From: a virus
Taxonomy: Duplodnaviria > Caudoviricetes
Virus record (IMG/VR): IMGVR_UViG_3300032243_000867
Location: 1 to 64,000 of that record
Length of the DNA: 64,000 nt
Reading direction: 5' to 3' (one strand)
Position 1 is the stretch's first letter; each line of letters opens with the position of its first letter. The notes under the pieces were generated by a model that saw only the letters and a list, made by a program, of their open reading frames with translations, was not told the origin of the DNA and did no database searches. The position numbers and the translations under genes were made by a program. Shown piece after piece: positions 24,570-34,676 of this stretch.

Positions 24570-26144
24570 ATGAAGGTGATCGAAGGCAAGCGCGCGTTGT
24601 TGACCCTCACGCGCGGAATGTCGGAACTAGCAGAGCTGGTGTCGGTCACCTATGGCCCTCACGGGGCCAAGGTCGCAGTAGGCAAGCAAGGAAGGGTGCG
24701 AATGACGACCGATGGGTCGTCGTTGGCGCGCGAGGTTCAGTTTCAAGGTCGCGAGAGGCTGGGGGTTTCTCTAGTTCGTGCTGCTACCTCCGTGGTAGAC
24801 GGGGCGGCGGGTGATGGTACAAGCACAACGATTCTTCTGGCGAACGCGCTCGTACAAGCCGCACTGGATCATTACTCTCCCCGGACGTGGAACCCGAGGG
24901 TCCTCGTCCGGGAGGTAAGAGAATACCTACCCCTCATCAAAAGGCTACTTACCGGCATCGCCCGCGAGCCCGACGAGGGGGTACTCCGTCGCGTGGCCCA
25001 CATGGCATCGCACGGGGAAGACACGGTGGTGGAAGCCGTGGTGCCCGCGGTTCTGCGCGTGGGTGAGACGGGCACGGTGCTGATTCAACCGGGCGAGGGT
25101 GTGGGGATCGAACCCGACTACCGGGACGGGTTGGTTCTCGAAGCGGGCTGGGCCTCGCACTCCATGGGCAAAGGGGACGGTGTGGACCGGGCGTTCGAGG
25201 GACCGTTGGTAGCCGTGGTGAACCGTCCGTTGTACTCGTTCGAGGACGTGCGAAGTGTGCTGGAGGAAGCCTCCCAGTGGCCGGGGCGCGGGCTAGTGCT
25301 GTTCTGCCCGAAACTCACGGGGGACGCCCTCACCACCTTGGTGATGAACGACGCGCAGGGGGTTCTACCTTGCATCGCCGTGACGTACACCAACCCGTCT
25401 CTGTACGAGGTTCACGACTGGATGGATGACGTTGCCGCCGTCACCAACGCGGTGAATATCTCCTCCGACCGAGGGGACGATCACCGAGCGTTCAAGACCG
25501 AATGGTTGGGCAGCGCCCGAAGGATCACCGTAGGAAAGCACCGCACGGAGATTCTTTCGTACCCCGACGCGGGCGACCGCATAGGGGTGAGGGTGGAAGA
25601 GCTCATTCGCCGCGCGAACAACACCTCGTCGGACTTCGACCGGGACCGCTACCGAGCGCGGGCGGCGGCGATGGACGGCGGGTTGTGTATCTTGAAGGTC
25701 GGCGGGTACACGAATGCGGAAGCCGTGGAGCGCCGGTCCCGTGTCGAGGACGCCCTCCATGCCGTTCGGGAAACCCTCACCACGGGAGTGGTGCCGGGTG
25801 CGGGAAGGGCGCTGCACTTCGCGGCGACACGGGCAGAACTTCAAGAAGCACTGGGCGGGCGGGTGCTCTCCCGTGCGCTGAAGGAACCTTTGCGGGTGTT
25901 GTGCGCCCGTGCGGGGGTGTCCCTCGACGCGCTTCCCGAGCTTCCCGGTGATGACCCTTGGACCGGGTGGTGCCCGGTGAGGGGGGGGATCAAAGACTTC
26001 GGGGAAGCCCCCGCGGTAATCGACCCGTTGGGCGTGGTGTTGGGTTCGCTTCAGGCAGCGGTGTCCGTGGCGTGCGAAGTGCTGCTGACCGAGGTTGTCC
26101 TAACTTCTAGGTTATCGAACGGAGCGGGTAAATGCGTGGGCTAA
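24570..26144 (+). CDS. groEL: Phage-encoded GroEL-like chaperonin
   Basis: VTYGPHG, TTDGSSLARE, AGDGTSTT, GWASH, LKVGG...ERRSRVEDAL, GVVPGAG, VIDP. Confidence 0.9.
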   Translation: MKVIEGKRALLTLTRGMSELAELVSVTYGPHGAKVAVGKQGRVRMTTDGSSLAREVQFQGRERLGVSLVRAATSVVDGAAGDGTSTTILLANALVQAALDHYSPRTWNPRVLVREVREYLPLIKRLLTGIAREPDEGVLRRVAHMASHGEDTVVEAVVPAVLRVGETGTVLIQPGEGVGIEPDYRDGLVLEAGWASHSMGKGDGVDRAFEGPLVAVVNRPLYSFEDVRSVLEEASQWPGRGLVLFCPKLTGDALTTLVMNDAQGVLPCIAVTYTNPSLYEVHDWMDDVAAVTNAVNISSDRGDDHRAFKTEWLGSARRITVGKHRTEILSYPDAGDRIGVRVEELIRRANNTSSDFDRDRYRARAAAMDGGLCILKVGGYTNAEAVERRSRVEDALHAVRETLTTGVVPGAGRALHFAATRAELQEALGGRVLSRALKEPLRVLCARAGVSLDALPELPGDDPWTGWCPVRGGIKDFGEAPAVIDPLGVVLGSLQAAVSVACEVLLTEVVLTSRLSNGAGKCVG

Positions 26145-27115
26145 CACTGCGTCTGACCAACCTCTCAGCGTCGCCCTTGGCGCTGGCGGACCTTCCCGAC
26201 CAAACGATCTTGGGGCCGGGGGTGACGCGGGAGCTCCTTTACACCAGCGAGGTGCAGGTATCGCTGGAGTACGGTTCGATCAATGGGTACCTCCTAGCGG
26301 GGAGGATCTCGGCCCAGTTCGTCTCGGGCACCGTTCTCAACCAAGCGCCCGTTGGCCGTACCTACATCGGGGCGACGCCTTCGACGGAAGGGGGGCGAGG
26401 GCTCGTACCCCCCGCCGCCATCGCTGACCGAGAAGGCTACCTCAAAGCCGACGGGACGTGGACGAAGATCACCCCCGCCGCCATCGGGGCAATTCCGCAG
26501 TCCCTTCTCACGGCGCAAGGTGACACCCTGTTCCGGGGGGTGACGACGACGGAGCGGTTGCCCCTCGGCACGCCGGGGCAGGTGTACCGGGCGGGGGTGG
26601 TGAACCCGGAATGGTTGGACGCCGCGAAGGCGGGGTTGCTGTCCGCCCGCCCGCTTCCCGGCCCCACGCTGGCGGGGGTTCTGTACTGGGCGACGGACCA
26701 GCCCATAGGAAGTCAGCTTTCCGTCTGCTACTTCAACGGCGGCGGATACGGGTGGCTGAACCTCGGGACGGGCGGCGGCGGTGGGGGTGGGAACACCAAC
26801 ACCGTAGCGGTCGAGTTCGACACCACCACGACCTCCCCGTTGGTCGTTGGGACGGTCACGGCGGGGCAGTACCTCGACCGGGCGGTGATCGTGACGGGAA
26901 CGGCTTGGGATGGAAGCGCGCCTACCGTGGAATTCGGCACGGCAACTTCGCCTTCTCTTCTATTGACCACCCTAGATGTAGACCTCACTTCGCCGGGTCA
27001 GTACGAGTCGGGTGAGGTTCGCAAGTTCCTCGTGGGCGACGACCTTGTCCTCACGATCACACCGTCCGGGTCAACCGTCGGTACGGGGACCCTGCTTTTC
27101 ACCCTCGTGAGCTAA
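26132..27115 (+). CDS. Virion fibre/appendage-like protein (paralog of 29958..31064)
   Basis: Thr/Gly-rich; N-terminal ~210 aa closely similar to 29958 protein. Confidence 0.65.
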   Translation: MRGLTLRLTNLSASPLALADLPDQTILGPGVTRELLYTSEVQVSLEYGSINGYLLAGRISAQFVSGTVLNQAPVGRTYIGATPSTEGGRGLVPPAAIADREGYLKADGTWTKITPAAIGAIPQSLLTAQGDTLFRGVTTTERLPLGTPGQVYRAGVVNPEWLDAAKAGLLSARPLPGPTLAGVLYWATDQPIGSQLSVCYFNGGGYGWLNLGTGGGGGGGNTNTVAVEFDTTTTSPLVVGTVTAGQYLDRAVIVTGTAWDGSAPTVEFGTATSPSLLLTTLDVDLTSPGQYESGEVRKFLVGDDLVLTITPSGSTVGTGTLLFTLVS

Positions 27116-27139
27116 AGTCCAACACAGGAGACACGGATC

Positions 27140-28030
27140 ATGGCTAGCAACTACAGCAAGCTCGCCGGAAACATCGGCGCGGATTTCCAGATCGACAAGA
27201 CGGGCGTAGGCGCTCTCCCGGGTAGCTCGGGCCCCGGCCCCCAACTCGGTCACATCAGCGGCGACCTCGTCGTCGCCACGGATCTGACCACGCTTCCGGG
27301 CAGTCTCAGCCAGATCATCGCGCAGCACGTTTCGTCGGCGTCGCAGAACAGCAACACCCTCACGACGTTCCAGATGTACCAGACGAGGTTCGTCCTCGCT
27401 GGCAGCTTCAGCGGCGGGTCCGTTCCCAACAACACCGCCGCGATGCGGTTCCTCGTCTGCCACACGGCGGGCGGGTCTTGGGCTGTGGGGGACATCGCCT
27501 TCGACAACGGTCTGAACGACAGCACCTCCGTCATCCGCATTCCGGTTGCGAACGGCTACATCGTCTCGATCCACGGGTCGAACATCACGGGAGGCTCGCT
27601 CCCGACCCTCACGGCGAACTCGGCGTACATCTGGGACGGTTCGACCTTCCAGAAGTTCATCTCGGGTTACACGGGCATCTCCAAGGTCATCCGCATTCCC
27701 TTCGCTACCGCCGACTTTGCCGGTGGCACCCTGTCGTCCACGGCCACCATCCCTGCCAACGCCACCATCCTTCGTTCGCGCGTTCGCGTCTACAACGGGG
27801 GCACTTTCAGCGGGGGTACCGTCACGGTGGGTTACACGGGTCAAGCGTCGCGGCTCATGGGCACCACGGACAGCGACCTCACCACGGCGGGCAACTTCAT
27901 TGTCGAAGGCACCACGGGCAACGAGGACTGGTCGGGTACTGCCGCTGCGGTTCTGGTGACCCTCGCGGGTTCCCCGGATCCCGGCGGCGCTGGCGAAGTC
28001 ATTGTCGAGTACGTTGTCGCTGATGTCTGA
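27140..28030 (+). CDS. Putative virion structural protein
   Basis: AGGAG RBS; Thr/Ser/Gly-rich; shares GDxxFDNGLND...AYIWDGST module with 28097. Confidence 0.6.
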   Translation: MASNYSKLAGNIGADFQIDKTGVGALPGSSGPGPQLGHISGDLVVATDLTTLPGSLSQIIAQHVSSASQNSNTLTTFQMYQTRFVLAGSFSGGSVPNNTAAMRFLVCHTAGGSWAVGDIAFDNGLNDSTSVIRIPVANGYIVSIHGSNITGGSLPTLTANSAYIWDGSTFQKFISGYTGISKVIRIPFATADFAGGTLSSTATIPANATILRSRVRVYNGGTFSGGTVTVGYTGQASRLMGTTDSDLTTAGNFIVEGTTGNEDWSGTAAAVLVTLAGSPDPGGAGEVIVEYVVADV

Positions 28031-28056
28031 TCCTCGCTGCCCCTAACGGCCCTATC

Positions 28057-28087
28057 GCGCCCCCGTGTGTAACCCACACGGGGGCGC
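28057..28087. repeat. 13-bp hairpin in leader of 28097 gene
   Basis: GCGCCCCCGTGTG-TAACC-CACACGGGGGCGC. Confidence 0.7.
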
Positions 28088-28096
28088 GGTGCATTT

Positions 28097-28897
28097 ATGA
28101 GCGGAACTTACGAGAAGCAGGACGGAACCACCTCGGATGACTTCCACATCGGTGGTCCGCAGGGTCCGCAAATCGACAACGCCTCGGGCGTGGTCGAGGT
28201 CAAGAACTCCTCGGGGTCGGAGTACGCACAGGTAGAAGTGTCCCCGCCCAAGGACGCGGACGCCAATGCCGCCGTGACGGCGGCGATGTTCAACACCCGG
28301 CTGCGGGTGGTGGGAACCTTCGACGCCAGCACCACGCACAACAACAGCGCGACGCTGGGCTACAAGCTGTGCGTGGTCCAAGGAGGTAGCTTCGTCTACG
28401 GGGACCTCGGGTTCGACAACGGACTGAACGACGGGACGCCGTTGGTCCGGGTGCCCATCGCCACGGGCATGGTGATTTCCACCACCACGGCGGTCAGCAC
28501 GCACTTCACCCTGCTGGAACACTCGACGTACATCTGGGACGGGTCCACCTACCAACTGGCCGTGCCCGTGGGGACCACCTCGGGCACCGTCGCGGCGGGC
28601 GACGACTCCCGCTTCATCGTGTACAGCACCGCCTCGGTCAGCACGACCCCGTACACGGCGAGCGCATGGCAACAGCTTGAGGTGAACACGGGGACGGGCG
28701 GTATCACCGTGAACCTCCCGGCCCCGGCCAGCGCCGTGAACACGGAGGTCATCGTCTCAAAAGTGTCCTCGGACGACAACGTGGTGACCGTCGCAACGCC
28801 TAGCGGGACGATCAACGGGGCGGCGACGCTCACGATCAGCTTCCAGTGGAGCTCGGCAACGCTGCACTCCACGGGTACGAATTGGAGAATCGTATGA
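28097..28897 (+). CDS. Putative tail-fibre-like structural protein
   Basis: C-terminal ITVNLPAPAS...VIVSKV...GTINGAATLTI...WRIV fibre-type module. Confidence 0.6.
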   Translation: MSGTYEKQDGTTSDDFHIGGPQGPQIDNASGVVEVKNSSGSEYAQVEVSPPKDADANAAVTAAMFNTRLRVVGTFDASTTHNNSATLGYKLCVVQGGSFVYGDLGFDNGLNDGTPLVRVPIATGMVISTTTAVSTHFTLLEHSTYIWDGSTYQLAVPVGTTSGTVAAGDDSRFIVYSTASVSTTPYTASAWQQLEVNTGTGGITVNLPAPASAVNTEVIVSKVSSDDNVVTVATPSGTINGAATLTISFQWSSATLHSTGTNWRIV

Positions 28898-29922
28898 GCT
28901 ACTTCGAGAAGGTCATTCAAGGAACGGCGGGAGCCGACACGGACCCTTGGGGCACGAACCTGCGGGACCCCCGTGCGACGGGCTTCGGCCAGCGGGTGAA
29001 CCAAGTGGGCGAGGCGCAGGTGCAGCAGCCCATCGTCCTCGTGAACGGCCCGTTCCTCGGGAACGCCCTCGACCCCCAGTTCTGGACCTCGACCACCACG
29101 GGTTCCGGGTCGGTGTCGGTTTCCCAATCGGTGGCGACCCTTGCCACGGGCACGACCACCCTTTCCACGGCCCAAATCCAGACCACGCTCATCGGACGCG
29201 CCGCGCCGACGCACCCCAACGCCCTTCGCACCAACATCTACACGCCCGACTCGGGCACGGCGAACAACGTCCGCCGCGTCGGCGTGGACAACGGCACGGA
29301 CGGCCTCGGCTTCGTCATCAACGGTGCGGGCTCGGGCAACCTCGGCATCTACACCCGTAAGGCGGGCGGGGCCATCTCCGACACCTACACCCTCAACGGC
29401 AACGCGGGGGCGTCCATCAACTGGGCGGCGGGGAAGCACACGCTGGAGATCGAGTACCTCACCAGCGCCCAATACTTCTTCTTGGACAAGGTGCTGATCC
29501 ACACGATCACCCCGTCCACCACCCCCACCACGGCGAACCTCAACCTCCCGATTCGCTTCACGAACGGGAACTTCGACGGGTCCACCACGAACGTCACGAT
29601 GGACGTGTGGACCGCCGCGATTCGCAAGCTCGGGAACAGCACCGCTCGTCCCACCTACAAGCACATCGCGGGTGCGGCCACCACCGTCCTCAAGATCAGC
29701 CCCGGCACCCTCTACTCCATCGTTGCTGGCAAGACGGCGGGCACCGTGTCCATCTACGACAACGGCGCGGGCACGACGGCGAACCCCATCACCATCATGG
29801 ACCTGTCCGGGACCAGCCCCGCAGCGGTGTTGAACTTCGGATCGCTCGGCGTGGACTTCTTGAACGGGCTCACCGTTGTCACGTCCTCGGGCAGCGTGGA
29901 CATCACGATCATCTACGAGTGA
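28894..29922 (+). CDS. Putative virion structural protein (beta-sandwich)
   Basis: ATGA overlap; Thr-rich beta-strand pattern. Confidence 0.6.
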   Translation: MSYFEKVIQGTAGADTDPWGTNLRDPRATGFGQRVNQVGEAQVQQPIVLVNGPFLGNALDPQFWTSTTTGSGSVSVSQSVATLATGTTTLSTAQIQTTLIGRAAPTHPNALRTNIYTPDSGTANNVRRVGVDNGTDGLGFVINGAGSGNLGIYTRKAGGAISDTYTLNGNAGASINWAAGKHTLEIEYLTSAQYFFLDKVLIHTITPSTTPTTANLNLPIRFTNGNFDGSTTNVTMDVWTAAIRKLGNSTARPTYKHIAGAATTVLKISPGTLYSIVAGKTAGTVSIYDNGAGTTANPITIMDLSGTSPAAVLNFGSLGVDFLNGLTVVTSSGSVDITIIYE

Positions 29923-29957
29923 ACCCCGTAGCCCCCCTATAAGATCTCACCAAGTAG

Positions 29958-31064
29958 ATGCGCGGGCTAACCCTTCGACTCACGAACGCGACGAACGCCT
30001 CGGTGGCAATCTCCGACTTGCCGGGGGTGGCTCCGCTTTCGCCGGGAGAGTCCCGAGAGCTCTTGTACGTCAACGACGTGCAGAACTCGCTGGAGTACGG
30101 GTCGATCAACACCCTGCTCATCGCGGGCAAACTCACGGCCCAGTTCGTCTCGGGCACGGTTCTGAACCAAGCGCCCGTGGGTCGCTCCTTCACGGGTGCG
30201 AGCCCTACGACGGCAGGGGAGCGGGGCCTCGTACCTACCGCCCCCGTCGCGAGCCGGGGGAACTACCTCAAGGGCGACGGAACGTGGAGCCCGGTGACGC
30301 CCCTCACCGTTGGGGCGATCCCGCAGTCTGTTCTCACCACACAGGGGGACACCCTGTACCGTGGGGTGACCACGACGGAAAAACTCCCCCTCGGTACGCC
30401 GGGGCAGTCCTACCGGGCCGGGTTGGTCAACCCGGAGTGGCGCGACCCGACGCTATCGGGCCTGCTCACGGCTCGCCCGTCTCCCAGTGCCTACTACCAA
30501 GGGGTGTTCTTCTGGGCGACGGACACGTCGGAAGTCACCCTCTGTTACTACGACGGAAGCGCCTACGTCTGGGGCAGCACAGGGGGTTCCCCGTTGTCCA
30601 ATGCGGTGCCGCAACCCTTGGGGTCGGCCACCGCTGGGGCGGGCGTCGCGGCTTCTCGGGACGACCACGTCCATGCGATGCCCGCGTTCCCGCCCGCGAT
30701 GATCCCGCTGGGCGGGTACGCGACGGTGGACGGGACGCTGGGCACGGTGGCCATCGGCGGTTCCCCCTACGCCATCATCGACACGGACTACGACCGCACG
30801 GGGCTCACGGCGACGTGGGAGTTCGTGCTGGGCGCGAGCGTCACGGCCCCCGACGTGGGCACGGTGGTTCTCTGGGACGTGGGCGCGGCGGCAGCGGCGG
30901 GAACGATCTCAGTCACGTCGGCAACGCCCGTCACGTCGCACTCCACCGCCCTCACGGCCCCGGTTATCCCCACCACCTACGAGCTCCGTGCGTCGGTCAC
31001 GGGTGGTGGGGTGGGCAACTACGTCGTCATCAACTCGGCGGCGATCCGCATCACTTGGGCATGA
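29958..31064 (+). CDS. Virion fibre/appendage-like protein (paralog of 26132..27115)
   Basis: MRGLTLRLTN start shared; ASRDDHVHAMP fibre-like motif. Confidence 0.65.
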   Translation: MRGLTLRLTNATNASVAISDLPGVAPLSPGESRELLYVNDVQNSLEYGSINTLLIAGKLTAQFVSGTVLNQAPVGRSFTGASPTTAGERGLVPTAPVASRGNYLKGDGTWSPVTPLTVGAIPQSVLTTQGDTLYRGVTTTEKLPLGTPGQSYRAGLVNPEWRDPTLSGLLTARPSPSAYYQGVFFWATDTSEVTLCYYDGSAYVWGSTGGSPLSNAVPQPLGSATAGAGVAASRDDHVHAMPAFPPAMIPLGGYATVDGTLGTVAIGGSPYAIIDTDYDRTGLTATWEFVLGASVTAPDVGTVVLWDVGAAAAAGTISVTSATPVTSHSTALTAPVIPTTYELRASVTGGGVGNYVVINSAAIRITWA

Positions 31065-31074
31065 GGAACGGACG

Positions 31075-32010
31075 ATGACTTTCGCTGGCAACTGCAACTA
31101 CTCGACGCCCGCTGACGGTGCCGCGGCGAGGGTCACCCTTCTCGCCCAACTCGTCTCGGCAGGGTGGACCATCACCAACCAGAGTGACGGAGGCACGTTG
31201 GGCAACGCCTTCAACGGATCTCTGTCGTCTTGGTTCGCGGTGCAGAACCCCAACGGACAGGGCTGGTGCGTACAGGCGGACTCGGGCGGCGACGTGACCA
31301 AGTGGCGCGTGAAATACGCCAACGCCCCGTTCATCGGGATCGTCTCCCCCTCGGCCACACAGGTGCCGGGATGCCTGTCGGGCGTAGAGGTGGTGCTCAT
31401 CGGCGGCGGGACGGACGCGGCCCCGACGTTCAACCAGCTTCTCGCCGCGGACGGGACGTACCGCTGGCTGGTGGCGTGCGACGATGCGGCCCCCTACGGC
31501 TGGCACGCGATGGCCTTCTTGAGCGGCGGGTTCGGAAGTCGAACCCTGATGATGTTCGACCCCCTGCTGGCCAACAGCTACGCCCCGGCAGACGCGAACC
31601 CCTACGTCGTCGCGGCCCGTTACGGCAACGGGATTCTCGGGGATACTCAATCGTTCACGGCCCCTTCGGGAAACTTCAGTTCCAACACGGGGGTTCCGGC
31701 GAAGCTGCAAGGCCCGACTTGGGTGAACCTCGGGTACCTCGGAGCGAACCTACCCGGCTATGGGTACCAACTGGGAAACGGCGGGGAGGTCGGGCCGAAT
31801 GTCTACACGGGGTTTGAGCAGCGGGTGCTCATCGGGTACGCCCGAATCAGTGGGCAAGGGTTCTCGGGATACTCGTCTCTCATCACCGCCGGGACGTGCG
31901 TGACATCTCCCGCAAGAACCACGGGGGATGTCCTTCAAGTCGGCACCGACTACTTCGTGCGCCTCGACTACCTCTACCTCCCGTGGGACTCGACAGCCGT
32001 GGTGATCTGA
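31075..32010 (+). CDS. Putative virion structural protein
   Basis: GAGGA RBS; Gly/aromatic-rich; in the structural cluster. Confidence 0.6.
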   Translation: MTFAGNCNYSTPADGAAARVTLLAQLVSAGWTITNQSDGGTLGNAFNGSLSSWFAVQNPNGQGWCVQADSGGDVTKWRVKYANAPFIGIVSPSATQVPGCLSGVEVVLIGGGTDAAPTFNQLLAADGTYRWLVACDDAAPYGWHAMAFLSGGFGSRTLMMFDPLLANSYAPADANPYVVAARYGNGILGDTQSFTAPSGNFSSNTGVPAKLQGPTWVNLGYLGANLPGYGYQLGNGGEVGPNVYTGFEQRVLIGYARISGQGFSGYSSLITAGTCVTSPARTTGDVLQVGTDYFVRLDYLYLPWDSTAVVI

Positions 32011-32011
32011 C

Positions 32012-32236
32012 ATGGCCGCGTACACAGGGACGGAAAGCATCCCGGCGATTCCTCCGGGCATCGCGACCGCCACGGGCCTTGTGACCGCCGTCCAAGGCAC
32101 GCCGTCCATTCCCTCGGGCGGCGGCGGGATCGTGACCACCTACTACTACCGCACGGCTCTCGGTGTGCGGGGCAACACCACGAGCCTAGGGTCGATCCCC
32201 GCGGGGTCGGTGATCGAGCGCATCGTCACGTCGTAG
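32012..32236 (+). CDS. Small putative structural protein
   Basis: 74 aa Thr/Gly-rich. Confidence 0.55.
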   Translation: MAAYTGTESIPAIPPGIATATGLVTAVQGTPSIPSGGGGIVTTYYYRTALGVRGNTTSLGSIPAGSVIERIVTS

Positions 32237-32282
32237 ACGGTCCGCGCCCCCCGTTCCCTAGCCTATACGGCACGGCTTTGTG

Positions 32283-34664
32283 ATGCCCGCCAAGATCGCT
32301 AAAATCGCCAAAGCCAACGTAGCCCTGCTTCGGCAAGAGACGCAGTTCTCCTGCTGTGCCGCCTCTATCGCATCCGCCTTGAAGGCCCACGGGAAGGACA
32401 TGACCGAGGCCGGGGTCAACAAGGTGCTCGGTGCCAGCCCGATGGGCGGGGCGACGTGGGAGGCGATGCTGGCGACGGTGCAGTATTTCGGCCTTCGGGG
32501 AACCCTCGTTGTCCCGTCCACCCTCGCCCAACTGAAGGCGTGGACCGACGCGGGCATCCCGGTCGTCATCGCTTGGAATCCCGAGGGTCGCCCGTGGTCG
32601 CACGCCTCGTGCGTGTTTCATGTGGACGACGAGCAGAACGTCCACGTCATGGACCCCAACATCCCCGACCCCAGCGAGACGGTGAGAATCGTCCCCAAGT
32701 CCGAGTTCTACCGGAAGTGGGCTGAGGCGGTGGGGGACAACCTCATCGTTCGCCGCCCCGCGATGGCGATTGAGCGCGAGGTCACGGCAGACGGTCGTCA
32801 GGTCATGGCCAGCGGCAAAGAGGCGATTTTCTTTCAAGGCGTCACCCGAGAGATGGACCGCCTACGCCGCGAGAAGCTGGCACCCCCTTCTCGCAGCCCT
32901 TCTCACCCGGCCCCCCCTAGCTGGAGGAAGTTGAAGGAGGAGGAAGAAGCCCCCAAGGTGAAGTCTTGGGTGGGCCGTCTGTTCGACAAAACCGGGGAAT
33001 CCGAGGAGGGCATCATGGCAGGCAAAAAGGAGCGCCGGTCGCTCAAGGACAAGAGCATGGCTCGGTTCCTTGAGCGCGGACCCGTGCGCCCCGCGGATAA
33101 GTCCGACGCCGCCAAGGCGATGTCCAAGGCCCAGTGGGAGCTCCGCAAAGAAGAGGGCCGCGCGGGCCTCCCGGGTGCGGGCCTCGGCGCGGGCTACCAC
33201 AAGGACAAGTCTCAGTACAACCGCGGGAATGGCAAAGGTATCGAGCGCGAGGCGGAAAGCCTCACCCAGCCCCTCATGACCCGCCGAGACTACGGCGCGG
33301 TCACGGCCAGCGACTACGCTAGCATCCTCAAGTACGCCGTGGACCTCCCCGCCGACGTGGAGCGGTACGTCGAAGAGGGCACCGATGCGGGGATGCCTGA
33401 AGACAAGGCGTGGGCCGTCGCATGGTCGCGGTACTGCAAGTACAAGAACCCCGAAAGCGAGCACTGTCAGATGAACAAGTCAGAGTATTTCCCCGGTCGC
33501 AAGGCCAAGTTCGAGCGCGGCGTGTCCATGACCGTGGACGAGGTGGCCGAAGTCGTCGGCCCCGAGTTCAAGGAGATGAACGAAGACCCGCCCGAGTCCG
33601 TGAAGAAAGTGATGGAGGGGATGCAGGGAAAGACGGCCCGCCGTTCGCCCCTCCTCGCGATGGAGCAGTTCGCGGATATGCTCCGGGACGGCAAGTTCGA
33701 GGAGGGAGTTCCCGCCGACCCCACCGAGAACATGAGCCCCGAGGACGCCGCCGAGTGGGAGCGTCAGACCGAGGAGCACAAGCACGAGTTCAAGGGGGCG
33801 TCTCTCGAAGCGGTGCTCCACCGCGACGACGACGGCACCGTGCCCTTCGACCTGTTCTTCAACCGCACCGCCGCCCCGAAGCTGGTGTGGAAGGTGAACC
33901 GAGTGCTGGGAGCCCAGTATGCCGAGACCCCTGTCGGTACCTACTGGATTCACCCAGAGGGGAGGAACTACGAGATCCGGCTCGACAACACCCCAGTGGG
34001 CTTCTCGGGGCAAGACCAGTACGCGGAAGACCCCTCGGCAGATGCCAAGAAGATGGTAGAGGCCCACTACGCCAAGGCTCTGCGGGGCAAGACTGCCGCT
34101 GTAACGGCGGGCGGCAAATGGGGCTTCACCAAGGGCACCGAGAGTGCGTGTACGGCGGGGGTGAACAAGCTCTCGAAGTCGGCGTCTCGCATCGCCAAGG
34201 CTCTGTACGCGAAGGACGAAGGCTCGGTGGGCTTCCTCCAGAAGCACTCGGCGAAGGCGGGCAGCAAGACGGCTTCGATGCTTCTCAAGGCGATGGAAGA
34301 CATCGGCCCGATGGCGGCTCTCGCCAAGAACGGCAAAACCGCTGGCAAGTCGGGCAACGGCCTGTACGGCTTCAGCGAGAAGACCGCCAAGCTGGGCCTC
34401 GACGCTTGCAGCGCCCTTCACCACGAGGCGGGCGTGATCGCCGCTGACCTGTTCGCCCGCAAGGGTGCCGACCCCGTGAAGGTGGCGGGCTACCTCACGG
34501 CGAACGCCAAGAAGGGCAAGTGCGCGTTCAGCGACTTGCTCGCAGAAGTCGCCCCGGACGTGGCCGTGGAAGTCACGGGCTCGGTCAAGAAGAAGGCCAC
34601 GGACTTCCTCGCGGCGGACGAGAACGCCGACGACGAAGTGGCCGACATCATCAGCAAGTGCTGA
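32283..34664 (+). CDS. C39-like cysteine peptidase domain protein with long C-terminal region
   Basis: RQETQFSCCAASIA, WSHASCV, VMDPN; multiple K/R-T-A sites in the C-terminal part. Confidence 0.8.
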   Translation: MPAKIAKIAKANVALLRQETQFSCCAASIASALKAHGKDMTEAGVNKVLGASPMGGATWEAMLATVQYFGLRGTLVVPSTLAQLKAWTDAGIPVVIAWNPEGRPWSHASCVFHVDDEQNVHVMDPNIPDPSETVRIVPKSEFYRKWAEAVGDNLIVRRPAMAIEREVTADGRQVMASGKEAIFFQGVTREMDRLRREKLAPPSRSPSHPAPPSWRKLKEEEEAPKVKSWVGRLFDKTGESEEGIMAGKKERRSLKDKSMARFLERGPVRPADKSDAAKAMSKAQWELRKEEGRAGLPGAGLGAGYHKDKSQYNRGNGKGIEREAESLTQPLMTRRDYGAVTASDYASILKYAVDLPADVERYVEEGTDAGMPEDKAWAVAWSRYCKYKNPESEHCQMNKSEYFPGRKAKFERGVSMTVDEVAEVVGPEFKEMNEDPPESVKKVMEGMQGKTARRSPLLAMEQFADMLRDGKFEEGVPADPTENMSPEDAAEWERQTEEHKHEFKGASLEAVLHRDDDGTVPFDLFFNRTAAPKLVWKVNRVLGAQYAETPVGTYWIHPEGRNYEIRLDNTPVGFSGQDQYAEDPSADAKKMVEAHYAKALRGKTAAVTAGGKWGFTKGTESACTAGVNKLSKSASRIAKALYAKDEGSVGFLQKHSAKAGSKTASMLLKAMEDIGPMAALAKNGKTAGKSGNGLYGFSEKTAKLGLDACSALHHEAGVIAADLFARKGADPVKVAGYLTANAKKGKCAFSDLLAEVAPDVAVEVTGSVKKKATDFLAADENADDEVADIISKC

Positions 34665-34676
34665 AGGGGTCGCACC

